Shown piece by piece: positions 28,866-39,378 of a stretch of 64,000 bases of DNA. A model generated the notes under the pieces. It saw nothing but the letters and a program-made list of their open reading frames with translations, searched no databases and was not told the DNA's origin. The stretch comes from a virus (lineage: Duplodnaviria > Caudoviricetes), in IMG/VR virus record IMGVR_UViG_3300012665_000674, positions 1 through 64,000 of that record; one strand, given 5' to 3'. Position 1 is the stretch's first letter; each line of letters opens with the position of its first letter. Made by a program: the position numbers and the translations under genes.

Positions 28866-31439
28866 TTAGATACCTGCTAATTTCTTCCAATCACTAACTG
28901 ATTCATTTAACATTTTTGATTCGTTAATATCTGTTGTACCTTGAGATACTGTACGATTAACTTGGCTAGAAAGAACAGGGATAGTTGATTGACCAGTAGA
29001 TTTACGTTTGTTCAATCCACCACTTATGACGTTCATCATAAAATCAATATCTGTTTCAAATGTTGTATCAGACACAGTTTTTCCCGGACCAGCTTCATTT
29101 GCCCACTCGTCTAGTTTTTTCTCTTTTTTGTCTTTCTTGTCATCATATTCAATGTCTTTTTTTACTTTGCTACCGGCACGTTCTGCTTTGTCATCGTCTT
29201 TACCTTTATGACCTTCGTCATATTCGATATCCTTAGCAACTTTCTTTGCAGCCTTTTCAGCTTTGTCATCTTTTTCACTAGTTGATTCTTCTGATAACAT
29301 TGCTAATTTCTTGTAAAGATTAAAGAAACTTGACTCTGACATTCCTTCTTTCTTTTCTTCTTTACCAGCTTCTTCGCCAGTTTCATCTTCAGCTTCATTA
29401 GTAGGACTTGAATATATTTGTCCTTCTTCTTCGTCCTGACCTGCATCTGCTATTGCTAATGCATTATCACTACCTACTTGACCTGCAACATCAGCATTGG
29501 TATTATCAGCACCTGAATCAGGAGCATTAGCTTCAGCTACTTCGTATTCCATTTGATCTTCTGACTCTACTTCACCGATCATTTCTTCATCGCAACCACA
29601 TGGGCTTGCACCACATGAATCGCATTCTTCGCTATGACCTTCTTCGCTCTCGTAGTCACCACTGCTAACTTCATCACCACCTGATAATTTTTTCATCAAA
29701 GCCATCATGCCGTCATGGTCATCTACTACACTGATACCACCGTGATCACCTGCGCCACCTTCGGGTGCACCATAACCACCTTTGTCTTCACCACCAAACA
29801 AGCCTAAACCTGCAGTCTTGATAATTGATAATAACTGATCTGCTTCGCCATCTTGTGCTGATACTGATACTGAATCAGGTGCGCCTTGCTGACCTTTACT
29901 GATAGAAACAGTCATGCCTTCTGAAACTTTGTTGTCGCTTTCAAGCAATGCATTTAACTGATTATCTAATGATTCAAAAGCAAATTCATCTAAAACATCA
30001 CTGTCATTGAAAGTTTGTCCAAACGCCTTAAATGTATCACCGGAAGTCTTTGCAGCCTGTTGTTTCATATAAGAAGTTTTATCCATTTCGTACATGTCAT
30101 CTTCCATAGCAGGTGTACGTGCGCCATAGCTAGCCATGTTTTCTACTTCATTATTCATCTCACCAACATAACCTTGAATTGGCATTTGACCATAACATTC
30201 GTCTAGACCACACTTATAACCTTCGTGATATTGACGGGCTTCTTCCATGTTATCATGTCTGCAATTATACGGCATCTTTGATAACCCATGACTCTTGCCT
30301 TCATGATAGGCTGCTTTTAAATGGTGTTCCATACCTTCTTTAACTTTCTTTTTCTTTAAATCGTTTTTACCCTTACCATCTTCTGCATAGTCAGGTATAC
30401 CGTTTTTGTTTGCATCTGGTTTAGATTTTTTACTTTCTAGTGCAACATTACTTCTAGCAGTGCCACTCAATGGACTTGCTTGTGCAAAGTTTTCTGGTCT
30501 TTCAGCTTCTTTGATTTTCTTTAGTTTTGAACCGGCAATACGCTTTGCAGCCTCTACACCGTATTTTGGTGTTAGTTTTTTAACTAATGCATCAAAGCCT
30601 GTAGTAGCATTGTTGTGCTTACCGATATCTTTTTCATTTACTTGGTCACGATAATCATATGCTGCACTATCTTTTCCTGATATGCGAGAGGCTACTGACT
30701 TACGGTCATATGTGTGATGCTTTACAGGAATGTCGGGCTTGCCAGCCGAAGCTGAGACATTTGGTGGATTAGCAGCATTTATAGCATCACGCCTTTCGTC
30801 ATCATTATTTGCAAACATTTCATCTAACTCATCTTCTGCCATTGCACCAACTTGCGAACCTGCACCTGTTGTTGAGGTAGCACTAGATGCAGTAGGACTT
30901 GCTCCTGGCTTATGCATTGACAATGTTCCCTTCTTGGCTGCATCAACAACTGCTGGATCACTAGTTGTAATAGCTGCCGCTTGAGGATTTGAAGGGTCTT
31001 TGATCATGAAGTTTTGACCAGTTTGTTGCTTTGGCGCCGGAATAGGTTGAACAGATAATCCACCTTCATTCATTACTTCTTTATCCAATTGATCAAACCA
31101 ATCTTTTAAAGTACTTTTCTTTTTTTCTTCTTTCTCAGCAGCTTTTTCAGCTTTGTCACCAGCCTTCATTTTAGAATGTACTGTTCCTTTTTTGCCTGCA
31201 GGTGCTTTGCCTGTTGTACGACCAAATAGATCACCTTTTGGCGTATCTTTACTTGCTTTGGGTCCTTCATCTTTTTCTTGTCCGCCACGCTTTTTCTTTG
31301 GCTCATCTGATGCATCAGCACCAACGTCAAATTTGCGACCATAACCACCTGGCTCACTAGTATGTTTTACTCCAGTTTTAGTTTTTTCTGTAGCTTCATT
31401 TAACTGGTCTAGTGACTGTAATAAGTTTCTAAAATTCAT
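28866..31439 (-). CDS. Highly charged putative prohead core / internal polyprotein
   Basis: Low-complexity 857 aa; about 20 [LIVM]-x-E-type motifs (QLNE, VMNE, ELDE, QVNE, KIKE, KVKE, VLDE, KVSE, EVAE, KLDE, DINE, MLNE). Confidence 0.65.
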   Translation of the reverse strand: MNFRNLLQSLDQLNEATEKTKTGVKHTSEPGGYGRKFDVGADASDEPKKKRGGQEKDEGPKASKDTPKGDLFGRTTGKAPAGKKGTVHSKMKAGDKAEKAAEKEEKKKSTLKDWFDQLDKEVMNEGGLSVQPIPAPKQQTGQNFMIKDPSNPQAAAITTSDPAVVDAAKKGTLSMHKPGASPTASSATSTTGAGSQVGAMAEDELDEMFANNDDERRDAINAANPPNVSASAGKPDIPVKHHTYDRKSVASRISGKDSAAYDYRDQVNEKDIGKHNNATTGFDALVKKLTPKYGVEAAKRIAGSKLKKIKEAERPENFAQASPLSGTARSNVALESKKSKPDANKNGIPDYAEDGKGKNDLKKKKVKEGMEHHLKAAYHEGKSHGLSKMPYNCRHDNMEEARQYHEGYKCGLDECYGQMPIQGYVGEMNNEVENMASYGARTPAMEDDMYEMDKTSYMKQQAAKTSGDTFKAFGQTFNDSDVLDEFAFESLDNQLNALLESDNKVSEGMTVSISKGQQGAPDSVSVSAQDGEADQLLSIIKTAGLGLFGGEDKGGYGAPEGGAGDHGGISVVDDHDGMMALMKKLSGGDEVSSGDYESEEGHSEECDSCGASPCGCDEEMIGEVESEDQMEYEVAEANAPDSGADNTNADVAGQVGSDNALAIADAGQDEEEGQIYSSPTNEAEDETGEEAGKEEKKEGMSESSFFNLYKKLAMLSEESTSEKDDKAEKAAKKVAKDIEYDEGHKGKDDDKAERAGSKVKKDIEYDDKKDKKEKKLDEWANEAGPGKTVSDTTFETDIDFMMNVISGGLNKRKSTGQSTIPVLSSQVNRTVSQGTTDINESKMLNESVSDWKKLAGI

Positions 31440-31457
31440 TTTATTTTTCCTTGATAA

Positions 31458-32081
31458 TTAAACCATTGCGCCAGTTCGTGGCTTTGGTGGTCGTGTAATT
31501 TTTGTCATTGGGCTATTATCACCCATTGATTTATCATCTAAATATGGCTTGAACGGATCAAATGCATCTGGTGTCTTTTTACCTGCATAAGTTTGATCAA
31601 TCTTGTCGCCCTTCATTTGGTCTTTTATAGAAGTTAGATATGAATCACCGTATGCTTTGCTTGCTTCTTTTGCACCAGGTTGTTCTTCCATTTCTTCATG
31701 TGTAAGAACTGGAGTATGGCTCATCTCATTTTCATAACCAACCATTTCACTGTTGATACTATCATCAAAGTTTGTACTTACAACACGCACAAAATCTACA
31801 TTGCAACCTAATAATTGTGCAATCTGCTGAATCATTGGTTCAGTCGCTGGATATCTAAATTCAGCTTTGATTATTGTTACTGGTTGATTAGATACGTTGG
31901 GGAAACCATACGGGTCTTTTTGTATAGGGGTTGAAACCGGATCGTGAATTTTGATAGGGTCAAACTTGTTTAGATTGTACTTAAACATATCTAAAAAGTT
32001 TTTATCAACTTCTCCGGCAATTTTGATAGTGTAATTGTAAGTATGTACACTTTCCATGATGTATCGTTTTAGGCTTTTCAT
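31458..32081 (-). CDS. Hypothetical late protein
   Basis: MKSLKRYIMES N-terminus; GATAAATA upstream. Confidence 0.6.
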   Translation of the reverse strand: MKSLKRYIMESVHTYNYTIKIAGEVDKNFLDMFKYNLNKFDPIKIHDPVSTPIQKDPYGFPNVSNQPVTIIKAEFRYPATEPMIQQIAQLLGCNVDFVRVVSTNFDDSINSEMVGYENEMSHTPVLTHEEMEEQPGAKEASKAYGDSYLTSIKDQMKGDKIDQTYAGKKTPDAFDPFKPYLDDKSMGDNSPMTKITRPPKPRTGAMV

Positions 32082-32107
32082 TTCTTAATTCCTGTATATA
32101 TTATTTA

Positions 32108-32590
32108 TCATTTTTCATTAGTTTTGCCTGCTAGTATTTTTAACAATTCGTTTCTGTCAAGTTCTCTACCTTCACCCAGAGGAGTGTTTTCAATTTCTTC
32201 AGTTTTACTAGCAACTTTTTGATCTAGTGTTGCTTTCTTTAATTGCAACTCAATCATTTTTAATTTCTTGTTTAATTTGGCTGTTTTAGCTGTGATAGCA
32301 TGACCTAGCATACTACTAGCACTATTGAAAATCTCACTAGCAAAACGACTGTCAACCTGCATTCCTAGATCCATCAAGTCTTTATAACTTGATGTTGCTA
32401 AACTTGCTAATTCATCCATTTCTCCGTCTGCGGCTTCTAATCCACGTACTTGAGGTAATGCTTCTTCAATCTTTGTTAAGTTATCTAATGCAGTTGTAGT
32501 GACTAAATTTGCATTTTCAGGGATAGGTCTAGATAAACTATCAATATCGTTTTGCGGCAATTCAAATAATTCTTCTAATTTTTTGGTCAT
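32108..32590 (-). CDS. Helical hypothetical protein (possible small terminase)
   Basis: 160-aa coiled-coil ORF next to the head-completion gene; the function is a guess. Confidence 0.45.
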   Translation of the reverse strand: MTKKLEELFELPQNDIDSLSRPIPENANLVTTTALDNLTKIEEALPQVRGLEAADGEMDELASLATSSYKDLMDLGMQVDSRFASEIFNSASSMLGHAITAKTAKLNKKLKMIELQLKKATLDQKVASKTEEIENTPLGEGRELDRNELLKILAGKTNEK

Positions 32591-32601
32591 AAAGTATTTA
32601 T

Positions 32602-33039
32602 TTACTTTCGTGAACCATTTCTAAAAAGATCATCCTCTGTAATTACTCTAAACGTAAAGCCTTGTGCTTTACAATATGCCATGGCTGATTGCCACTTTGC
32701 GTGGTTTACTGCAACGACTGCTCTATCTTTAGCACTTGCAACACGGCTTTCAATTAAACTTTGTTTTTTAGGTTTTATTTCAACAACTTCCGCAAGTTGT
32801 TTACCGTATTTGTTTTGATAGACTACAAAAAAATCCGGTATGTACATATGAACTTTGCCATCTAGTGGGCTTCTATATGGTATAGACATTGATTCACTAG
32901 CCCAATGTGTTACATTTTTGTTAGAATCACAAAAGGTCATGAATGTTAATTCCCAGCCTGATCTGTATTTAGGTGCGTGTTTACCTACATACTTCTGTGG
33001 ATTTTTGGGGGTGAATATACCTTGTGCCCATTTTCCCAT
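32602..33039 (-). CDS. Head completion nuclease (T4 gp4-like, TnsA-type)
   Basis: PKNPQKYVG, YRSGWE, WASE, YIPDF, VEIKP, NHAKW, ITEDDL. Confidence 0.88.
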   Translation of the reverse strand: MGKWAQGIFTPKNPQKYVGKHAPKYRSGWELTFMTFCDSNKNVTHWASESMSIPYRSPLDGKVHMYIPDFFVVYQNKYGKQLAEVVEIKPKKQSLIESRVASAKDRAVVAVNHAKWQSAMAYCKAQGFTFRVITEDDLFRNGSRK

Positions 33040-33040
33040 A

Positions 33041-33400
33041 TCATTGGACTATATTACGTTGAACCGGTTGATTAGGTCTTGGTCTAACACTGATTCCATA
33101 CAAAGATGTTTTAGATTTGAAACTATTAAGATAGTAAGCAAGAATCTGATTCATCTCCATTTTCTTAGTACCTTTAATTTGGTCTAATAAATCTAATGCA
33201 GTAATACCGGTGTCTTGTGAAACTCTAAAAAATACCGCAGTAAAATTATCAGCAATATTTTTTGTTTCACAAATTGATATAAAATAACCATGCACAATAT
33301 CATACTCGTTTCCATTAACGACTAAATCTAATGCATAAAACGAATCAAAAATTCTGATTGTGTTATCTAATGTTGAGCGGGTATCTAATATTCTTGGCAT
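33041..33400 (-). CDS. Hypothetical protein
   Basis: 119-aa ORF. Confidence 0.6.
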   Translation of the reverse strand: MPRILDTRSTLDNTIRIFDSFYALDLVVNGNEYDIVHGYFISICETKNIADNFTAVFFRVSQDTGITALDLLDQIKGTKKMEMNQILAYYLNSFKSKTSLYGISVRPRPNQPVQRNIVQ

Positions 33401-33425
33401 GATACGTTTATTTATTACCTAAATA

Positions 33426-34601
33426 TTATGGATTTCTTTTGCCTGCGTAGGGATTTACACCTACTGATTGAGGTGTGGCTTGTCCATTAACTGGTGCACC
33501 TGCTGTTCCTAGTGTAGTTGGACTTGCACCAAAGATAGGTGTTACTACGTTTATGTTTCTATTAGGAGTTTGTTGAACAGCATTTGTTATACCACTAACA
33601 ACCTCTGCTCTTGCAATTTGTTTTAAGTTTTTATTTTTAAATGTGTTGTATGTAGTACCTGCAGCCTGAATACCACCTAATATATTACCACTACCAAACG
33701 CTTCGATAGCACCACCGACGCCATCTACTAAACCACCTTGTCCTAATATCTTTGCATTAGAACCTGGTCTTGCTATTGGACTTATTGTTCTATCATAATT
33801 AGCATCTAATCCAAAACCAGCAACAATGTTACTAGGAGTTTTACCATCAATAGCACCTTCATTATATACAACGGTTTCGTATTCTACTCCCATTTGCATT
33901 TCCATAGTACCAGAGTTTTGAGCATAATCATAGGTATCATGGCTGAATCTACCAATGATAGGGTTGATTAATGTATACGCTACAAAGTTGTGTTGGTTAA
34001 AACCAAAAACTGTAATGTTTTTAAAGAAAGGAACCTTAACACCACTAACTGATGCTGGGACATTTGTGTCACCTATATAACCCCACGCTTCATTTCCTGT
34101 TATAGAAGGTACGTATGTTGTTCGTTCATTATAGTTAGCAAGAGTAGCTCCAGGCTGAGCAGGTGCCCCTCCCCTTGATCCAGCAAATACAACACTAGGT
34201 TTTGTGCCGTCAGCATAATAATAATTATAATATGCTTTCCACATACTTCTTATGATGTTACCGTTATCATCATGGAAAGATATGTCTACTGCATCATATT
34301 TAATTTTTGACTGTACAATTCTTTTACGATTATATTGATTTAACGTATGTGTATCAAATGTAAAGCTAGGAAGTTTTACTGTTTTAACTGCTAAACCAAA
34401 ATTAGCACCAGTACTTACATTTTGTGAATATACTTCAGGGTTTATATCAAAGTAGACATGGAATAGATATTTGAATTTAGGTGCATATTGATATGCGTTA
34501 GTCCTAAATGTTTTACTAGCGTGAGTGTAATCACGAAGGTAATCGCTGCCGAAAAAAGTTCCGGCAGCGTCTGTGATTAAATCTTGAAAAAATCCAGCCA
34601 T
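33426..34601 (-). CDS. Tail tube-like baseplate junction protein (gp48/gp54-like)
   Basis: Tube fold motifs (VKLPSF, NQYNRK, ISFHDD, LINPII); follows the tube gene. Confidence 0.6.
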   Translation of the reverse strand: MAGFFQDLITDAAGTFFGSDYLRDYTHASKTFRTNAYQYAPKFKYLFHVYFDINPEVYSQNVSTGANFGLAVKTVKLPSFTFDTHTLNQYNRKRIVQSKIKYDAVDISFHDDNGNIIRSMWKAYYNYYYADGTKPSVVFAGSRGGAPAQPGATLANYNERTTYVPSITGNEAWGYIGDTNVPASVSGVKVPFFKNITVFGFNQHNFVAYTLINPIIGRFSHDTYDYAQNSGTMEMQMGVEYETVVYNEGAIDGKTPSNIVAGFGLDANYDRTISPIARPGSNAKILGQGGLVDGVGGAIEAFGSGNILGGIQAAGTTYNTFKNKNLKQIARAEVVSGITNAVQQTPNRNINVVTPIFGASPTTLGTAGAPVNGQATPQSVGVNPYAGKRNP

Positions 34602-34623
34602 GTACTAGACTTTTCTAAACTAA

Positions 34624-35262
34624 TTAACCTTGACCTGAGCCAATGCCTGTTACTGAAGCACCACCTAGGGCACGACCAACAACTGCACCAACGCCAGAGC
34701 CAATTGGGCTTTGAATTGCATTATCATAACGTAATGTCATTGATATTGTTACTGCTTCGTTTGTTGCATAGTTTAGTGTATTGTAGTTGACTGTTTGCAA
34801 GAAGCAGCCATACAATTCCCAAGTTTCCAACACGATTGGAGCATTTGCACCATTACCACCGTCTAAGATTTCAATGTTTGTTTGGAACTTATAATCTTGA
34901 CCTGTAGCCGCAGATGCTTGTTCAACGAAGTCCATTTGTTTCTGTAATTGTTGTCCGACTAATCTTGCTACTGTTCCAGACGCATCATCTCTAACGTTGA
35001 TAGGTAGTGTTTGCCATGTTGGTTTTCCTGCCAAATACATTGTTGAGTTGTAAATTTGTAATGGAATTTCTGCAAATTGTACCTGTGGTCTGGCGCAATC
35101 GATAACCTGTTTTGTCAATTCAATTGAACTTGCGCTTGCTCCAAAATTCAAAAAGTTAACTCTGAATCTGAATTGTAGTTTGGGCATTAGTAAGCCCTGA
35201 TTGCCGCCAGCATTATCAGATGCTACTGTCATGTTGAACAATGATTGTGAGGCTGTTGCCAT
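34624..35262 (-). CDS. Tail tube protein (gp19-like)
   Basis: Downstream of sheath; YLAGKPTW, ETWELYGCF, LNY, LRYDNA. Confidence 0.85.
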   Translation of the reverse strand: MATASQSLFNMTVASDNAGGNQGLLMPKLQFRFRVNFLNFGASASSIELTKQVIDCARPQVQFAEIPLQIYNSTMYLAGKPTWQTLPINVRDDASGTVARLVGQQLQKQMDFVEQASAATGQDYKFQTNIEILDGGNGANAPIVLETWELYGCFLQTVNYNTLNYATNEAVTISMTLRYDNAIQSPIGSGVGAVVGRALGGASVTGIGSGQG

Positions 35263-35300
35263 TTTTTAATCTCCTGTATCTTTATTTATCTTTTATTAAG

Positions 35301-35318
35301 ATGCCCCCGAAGGGGCAT
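35301..35318 (-). terminator. C(UUCG)G hairpin between sheath and tube genes (terminator or stabiliser)
   Basis: ATGCCCC-TTCG-GGGGCAT; weak U-tract; followed by GATAAATA at 35283-35290. Confidence 0.6.
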
Positions 35319-35325
35319 TCTTATT

Positions 35326-38300
35326 TTAGCCCAATGATGCTATCTCACCTGTGTTTAGAACTCTAACTGGGATATAGATGAATTCAGCTGCCTTAACAGG
35401 CTCAATTGCAACGTCAACCCATAGTTCATTTCTATCAATTCTTGCAGGTGTGTTATTGCTTTCATCACAAACTACAAGATAGTCATAGATACCGCGTTTT
35501 GCAACTAAGTCAACAAATAGTGATTGAATTACACCAGCAATTTGATTTCTAGTCAATGCGTCATTTGGTTCAAATACGAACGGTCTTGCTGCCAATGTTA
35601 ATTGTCTACGAATATAAGCAATCAAACGTGCAACGTTTACTCTATCTAATGCGCTCTGTGAGTTGAAACTTGTTTTGTTACCATAGTTCAACAAACCAAT
35701 ACCAGTGAAGAACACTAATGGATTGATAAAGTTGATGTATAGAACATCACGTATACCCAAGCGTGTTTTAATTGTAATAAACTCACCTGTAGTTGAATCT
35801 AAGTAACCAATGTTTGTAGCATTGTCAATGTTACCACGGCGTGTACCAGCTGGTGCTAACCAAGGATAAGCAACAGTATCATTACGCAAGAATGTACGTA
35901 ACATCATGTGACTTGGGGGAACAGCAACTAAGTTGCCACTCAAGTCAGGTGCAATTCCACTTGGGTAGAATAGACCTAGATATGTATTACGTGTAACACA
36001 ACCTGCTTCTCCTGTACTCTCTGCGCCGGCTGCGTTAGTAGCCCATGCTTGAATTGCAGTAGCATCATCAGGTAATCTCATTGGTGTGTCACCGATAATA
36101 TAACCTGTTTCACCACGATCTGCATTCAATACAACCATGTTAGGTTGTAGTTCTGGATAATAAGGTGCTGCTAACAAGTTAAAGAAATTATCTTCATCAC
36201 GAATATCAGTGTTAGTATCAACTACTGAACGTAATGATTCAACAACCATGTTACGTTGTGCTTGGCGACCCATGTATGGTGCACCGTTTGACTGTAACCC
36301 ACTAACACTTACCCAAGCAGATGTTACTGTAGGTAATGTTTCGTCAGGGAAACTTAAACTATTAAAGTAATTAACTTTATATTGTTTTACATTGTATCCT
36401 GAACGGCGTGTGTTAAACAACAACATACCAGCTGGATATAGTGCAGGATCCGGAGCATCTAAATCAACATAATCGCTTGTTAACAAAGTAACGATTGAGG
36501 GAATAGGATCATCGACTGGATTTGTAGTTCCATTCGGTGCCCAACGTGCATCTAAGAATGTAGCACCTCTAGAACTTGTTTGGTCTGCATTGTCAATTAA
36601 TACCCAACCATCTGTAGTAGCATCTATTTCTTCCCAGCGACGGATGATAGGATAAGCCTCTAAGTCACTTGTGTCAATCCAAAGATCACCGTATACTAGT
36701 GCAGTACCGTCAGTTTGTGTTGTTGGCTCACTAGCACTTACAATCGGACCAGTTGGATTTGTTGTATTTGAACCTGATGTTGGGAAACCTGTAGTATCAT
36801 AGTTCAAGTTACCGTAACCATTCCATTGACCATTATATTGTACCATAATGTCTACTTGGTCAACAACACTCCAGAACCAGTTTGTATTATTAGCAGGGGC
36901 TGCTACTGGAGCGCCTTCGTTAGCTGTGTAAGTAAACTCCACCCAATTACTCAATTGAGTAGTGTAATAAATTGCAGGTGTGCCTGAAACATAAGTTACC
37001 GCTGTAACAGGACCAGTACCACCGCCACCTGAAATTGTAGCGACTTTTAATACTAAATCGTTTCCTGGTGTTGCGCCACCAAGTGTTGCACCACTGATTG
37101 TTAATGTGTCACCAACTGCATAACCTGTACCGTTTGTAATAACACCATCACCGATTAATCTGTAAACACCGTAAAATGCTGAAACTTGAATTGTTGCATT
37201 TATACCACTACCTGAAGTTGATGTTACTGCTCTAGTAAATGGTGTTGTAAATGATACACCAAACTTACAACCAGGTGTTGTACCATTGATAAAGCCTAAT
37301 TCATCGATTATACCTTGTGAAATACCTTGATCGACACCAGATGGTTCAGTGTCAGCTAAAATTATTTCTCCACCTTCAGTGTGAATTAATTGAATTGCTC
37401 CATCTGTAGTCACAAGTGCTTGTGTATAAGGAATGTTAGTAGCGGACCATGCTGTTACGAAATCAGTAGCTGTATCACCAGAGGTTATTGGTATTTGATA
37501 CGTAGTACTTGATAAACTTGTTGAACCAGGTACACTTATTTCGGCAAATAAAGTTCCGGTAATTGTTGATTCATAATCTGTTACACTACTAGTAACTACA
37601 GTAGCACCCAATGCACTTCTCTTCCACAAGTAGACCGGACCTTGTCCAAATGCGTTGTCATAATTATACTGTGCATAGATGCTTCCTGCAGGAATAGATT
37701 GTCCTCCGCTTGAATCAAGACTTGCACTAGCAGCCCAGTCAGATGTATAGAGACTAACATTTCGTGCATTCCACACCGCAGTTGTTGAATTGTATTCAGA
37801 TAATACTGGATTTAATCCATTTCCTGCAGAGCCAACTTTGATCCAAACAGAACCAGTAGGGCGAGGAACTGTTTGGCTTGATGTCCATAATGGCATCTGA
37901 GCAGATGTACCATATGACAATTCAGGTTGATAATAACTAAATGGATCTTCTGTTAAGCCCAAATCTTCAACTGCTGTACCAGTACTTACATTAATAAACG
38001 AAACATGTTGATTTGCAGTTGCAGGTTGTGCTGAATATACATTCAATTTTCCTGAAGTAACACTTGCACTTACATATCCGTTGTTTAAAGTGTTAATAGC
38101 GTTTGCTACACCAGCAACAGTATTGTTAGGTGAATTCGGAACTGTAACAGTCAAGTTATATAATCCACTAACATTAATATTGAATACATCACCTGCATTT
38201 AATGTAGGATTTGATTCTGTGCCCTGAGCAGTTGGCCAATCATTTTGCCAATCTACTGAACCTACTACTACCCATACGTTGCTAGTGGTCTTGTAAAAAT

Positions 38301-38904
38301 ATTGACCTTGCTGAGTAGGCTCACTTGTAATTTGTATTGCATTAACAGCATAATCACCTATGCTACCAATGCTAGATAGTGGAACACCACCTGATATATT
38401 AGTCGATTCAGTAATTACTATAGGAATTTGCAATGTAAACAATCCTGTTGTAGCATTGAATTCATAAATGCCCCACGTGGTTGTTGAACTATCTAACCAG
38501 TATGCGCCGTTATCGGGTGCGCCTGATGGACGACCTGTTTGTCCTACTAAGCTAGCTAGATCGATATCTGCACGTAGTACGTAGCAACGATTAGTTGCAC
38601 CTAATAAACTATATGCTGCCAATAGACCATACTCGTTAAGTTCATAGCCCTGAATTGGAGTACCGTTTGTTGTTGTGTAAAAGAACGGAGTACCGTACAA
38701 GTCTACCAAGTCTCGTTGACTTGTTACTTGATATAGTTTTCCGGCATTTGCGGCTGTAGTTGCTGGTGCAACTGCTGTGCCAGACGCATTAGCTTTGTTC
38801 TGCGCCGTAGCTAAGATAACAAGCGGAACAGAATTGGTTGGGGCTGGAAGATACTGACTTTGGTCAATGATTGTTACTTCTACGCCTGGAGATGTTAGTG
38901 CCAT
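35326..38904 (-). CDS. Contractile tail sheath protein (gp18-like) with large insertions
   Basis: SPGVEV N-terminus; WLAPAG.RRG, INP, RVNVARL, FEPND, CDESNNTP, IEPVKAAEFIYI. Confidence 0.95.
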   Translation of the reverse strand: MALTSPGVEVTIIDQSQYLPAPTNSVPLVILATAQNKANASGTAVAPATTAANAGKLYQVTSQRDLVDLYGTPFFYTTTNGTPIQGYELNEYGLLAAYSLLGATNRCYVLRADIDLASLVGQTGRPSGAPDNGAYWLDSSTTTWGIYEFNATTGLFTLQIPIVITESTNISGGVPLSSIGSIGDYAVNAIQITSEPTQQGQYFYKTTSNVWVVVGSVDWQNDWPTAQGTESNPTLNAGDVFNINVSGLYNLTVTVPNSPNNTVAGVANAINTLNNGYVSASVTSGKLNVYSAQPATANQHVSFINVSTGTAVEDLGLTEDPFSYYQPELSYGTSAQMPLWTSSQTVPRPTGSVWIKVGSAGNGLNPVLSEYNSTTAVWNARNVSLYTSDWAASASLDSSGGQSIPAGSIYAQYNYDNAFGQGPVYLWKRSALGATVVTSSVTDYESTITGTLFAEISVPGSTSLSSTTYQIPITSGDTATDFVTAWSATNIPYTQALVTTDGAIQLIHTEGGEIILADTEPSGVDQGISQGIIDELGFINGTTPGCKFGVSFTTPFTRAVTSTSGSGINATIQVSAFYGVYRLIGDGVITNGTGYAVGDTLTISGATLGGATPGNDLVLKVATISGGGGTGPVTAVTYVSGTPAIYYTTQLSNWVEFTYTANEGAPVAAPANNTNWFWSVVDQVDIMVQYNGQWNGYGNLNYDTTGFPTSGSNTTNPTGPIVSASEPTTQTDGTALVYGDLWIDTSDLEAYPIIRRWEEIDATTDGWVLIDNADQTSSRGATFLDARWAPNGTTNPVDDPIPSIVTLLTSDYVDLDAPDPALYPAGMLLFNTRRSGYNVKQYKVNYFNSLSFPDETLPTVTSAWVSVSGLQSNGAPYMGRQAQRNMVVESLRSVVDTNTDIRDEDNFFNLLAAPYYPELQPNMVVLNADRGETGYIIGDTPMRLPDDATAIQAWATNAAGAESTGEAGCVTRNTYLGLFYPSGIAPDLSGNLVAVPPSHMMLRTFLRNDTVAYPWLAPAGTRRGNIDNATNIGYLDSTTGEFITIKTRLGIRDVLYINFINPLVFFTGIGLLNYGNKTSFNSQSALDRVNVARLIAYIRRQLTLAARPFVFEPNDALTRNQIAGVIQSLFVDLVAKRGIYDYLVVCDESNNTPARIDRNELWVDVAIEPVKAAEFIYIPVRVLNTGEIASLG

Positions 38905-39024
38905 TTTATTTTTCCTTTATGTAAAATTATGAGGTTTACCACCTAAAATGCATACTATTATTTATTAAAAAAAATAAAAAAAGCGGTTTAGCCGTGCCTT
39001 CGAAGGTTCCTAACTAAATACTAT

Positions 39025-39378
39025 ATGGCACTATTAAGACCTATCTGCACTAAATGTAATAAGAATTACAAGGCTATTAATTATATCCGTGAAGGTATTA
39101 CACATTATCGTAGTTCATGCGATGAGTGCGGCAGAAAAAAGAATAAGTTAAAGCCTAGAAAATCAAGCTGGACTAAAAGTGGATACAAGAAAAAAGCCAC
39201 ATGTGATTTATGTGGCTTTAAAAGTCTTTTTACCTCTCAGATTACAGTATTTTTGATTGACGGAAATTTAGAGAATACTGCACAAACCAATCTACGTAGT
39301 ATTTGTTTAAACTGTGTAGAAGTTGTAAAGAAAAAAGAGATTACATGGAAACGTGGTGATCTTGAGATTGATTACTAA
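39025..39378 (+). CDS. Zn-ribbon / HNH-like protein
   Basis: Four CxxC pairs; IDGN...NL..IC.NC; late promoter CTAAATA at 39014-39020. Confidence 0.65.
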   Translation: MALLRPICTKCNKNYKAINYIREGITHYRSSCDECGRKKNKLKPRKSSWTKSGYKKKATCDLCGFKSLFTSQITVFLIDGNLENTAQTNLRSICLNCVEVVKKKEITWKRGDLEIDY

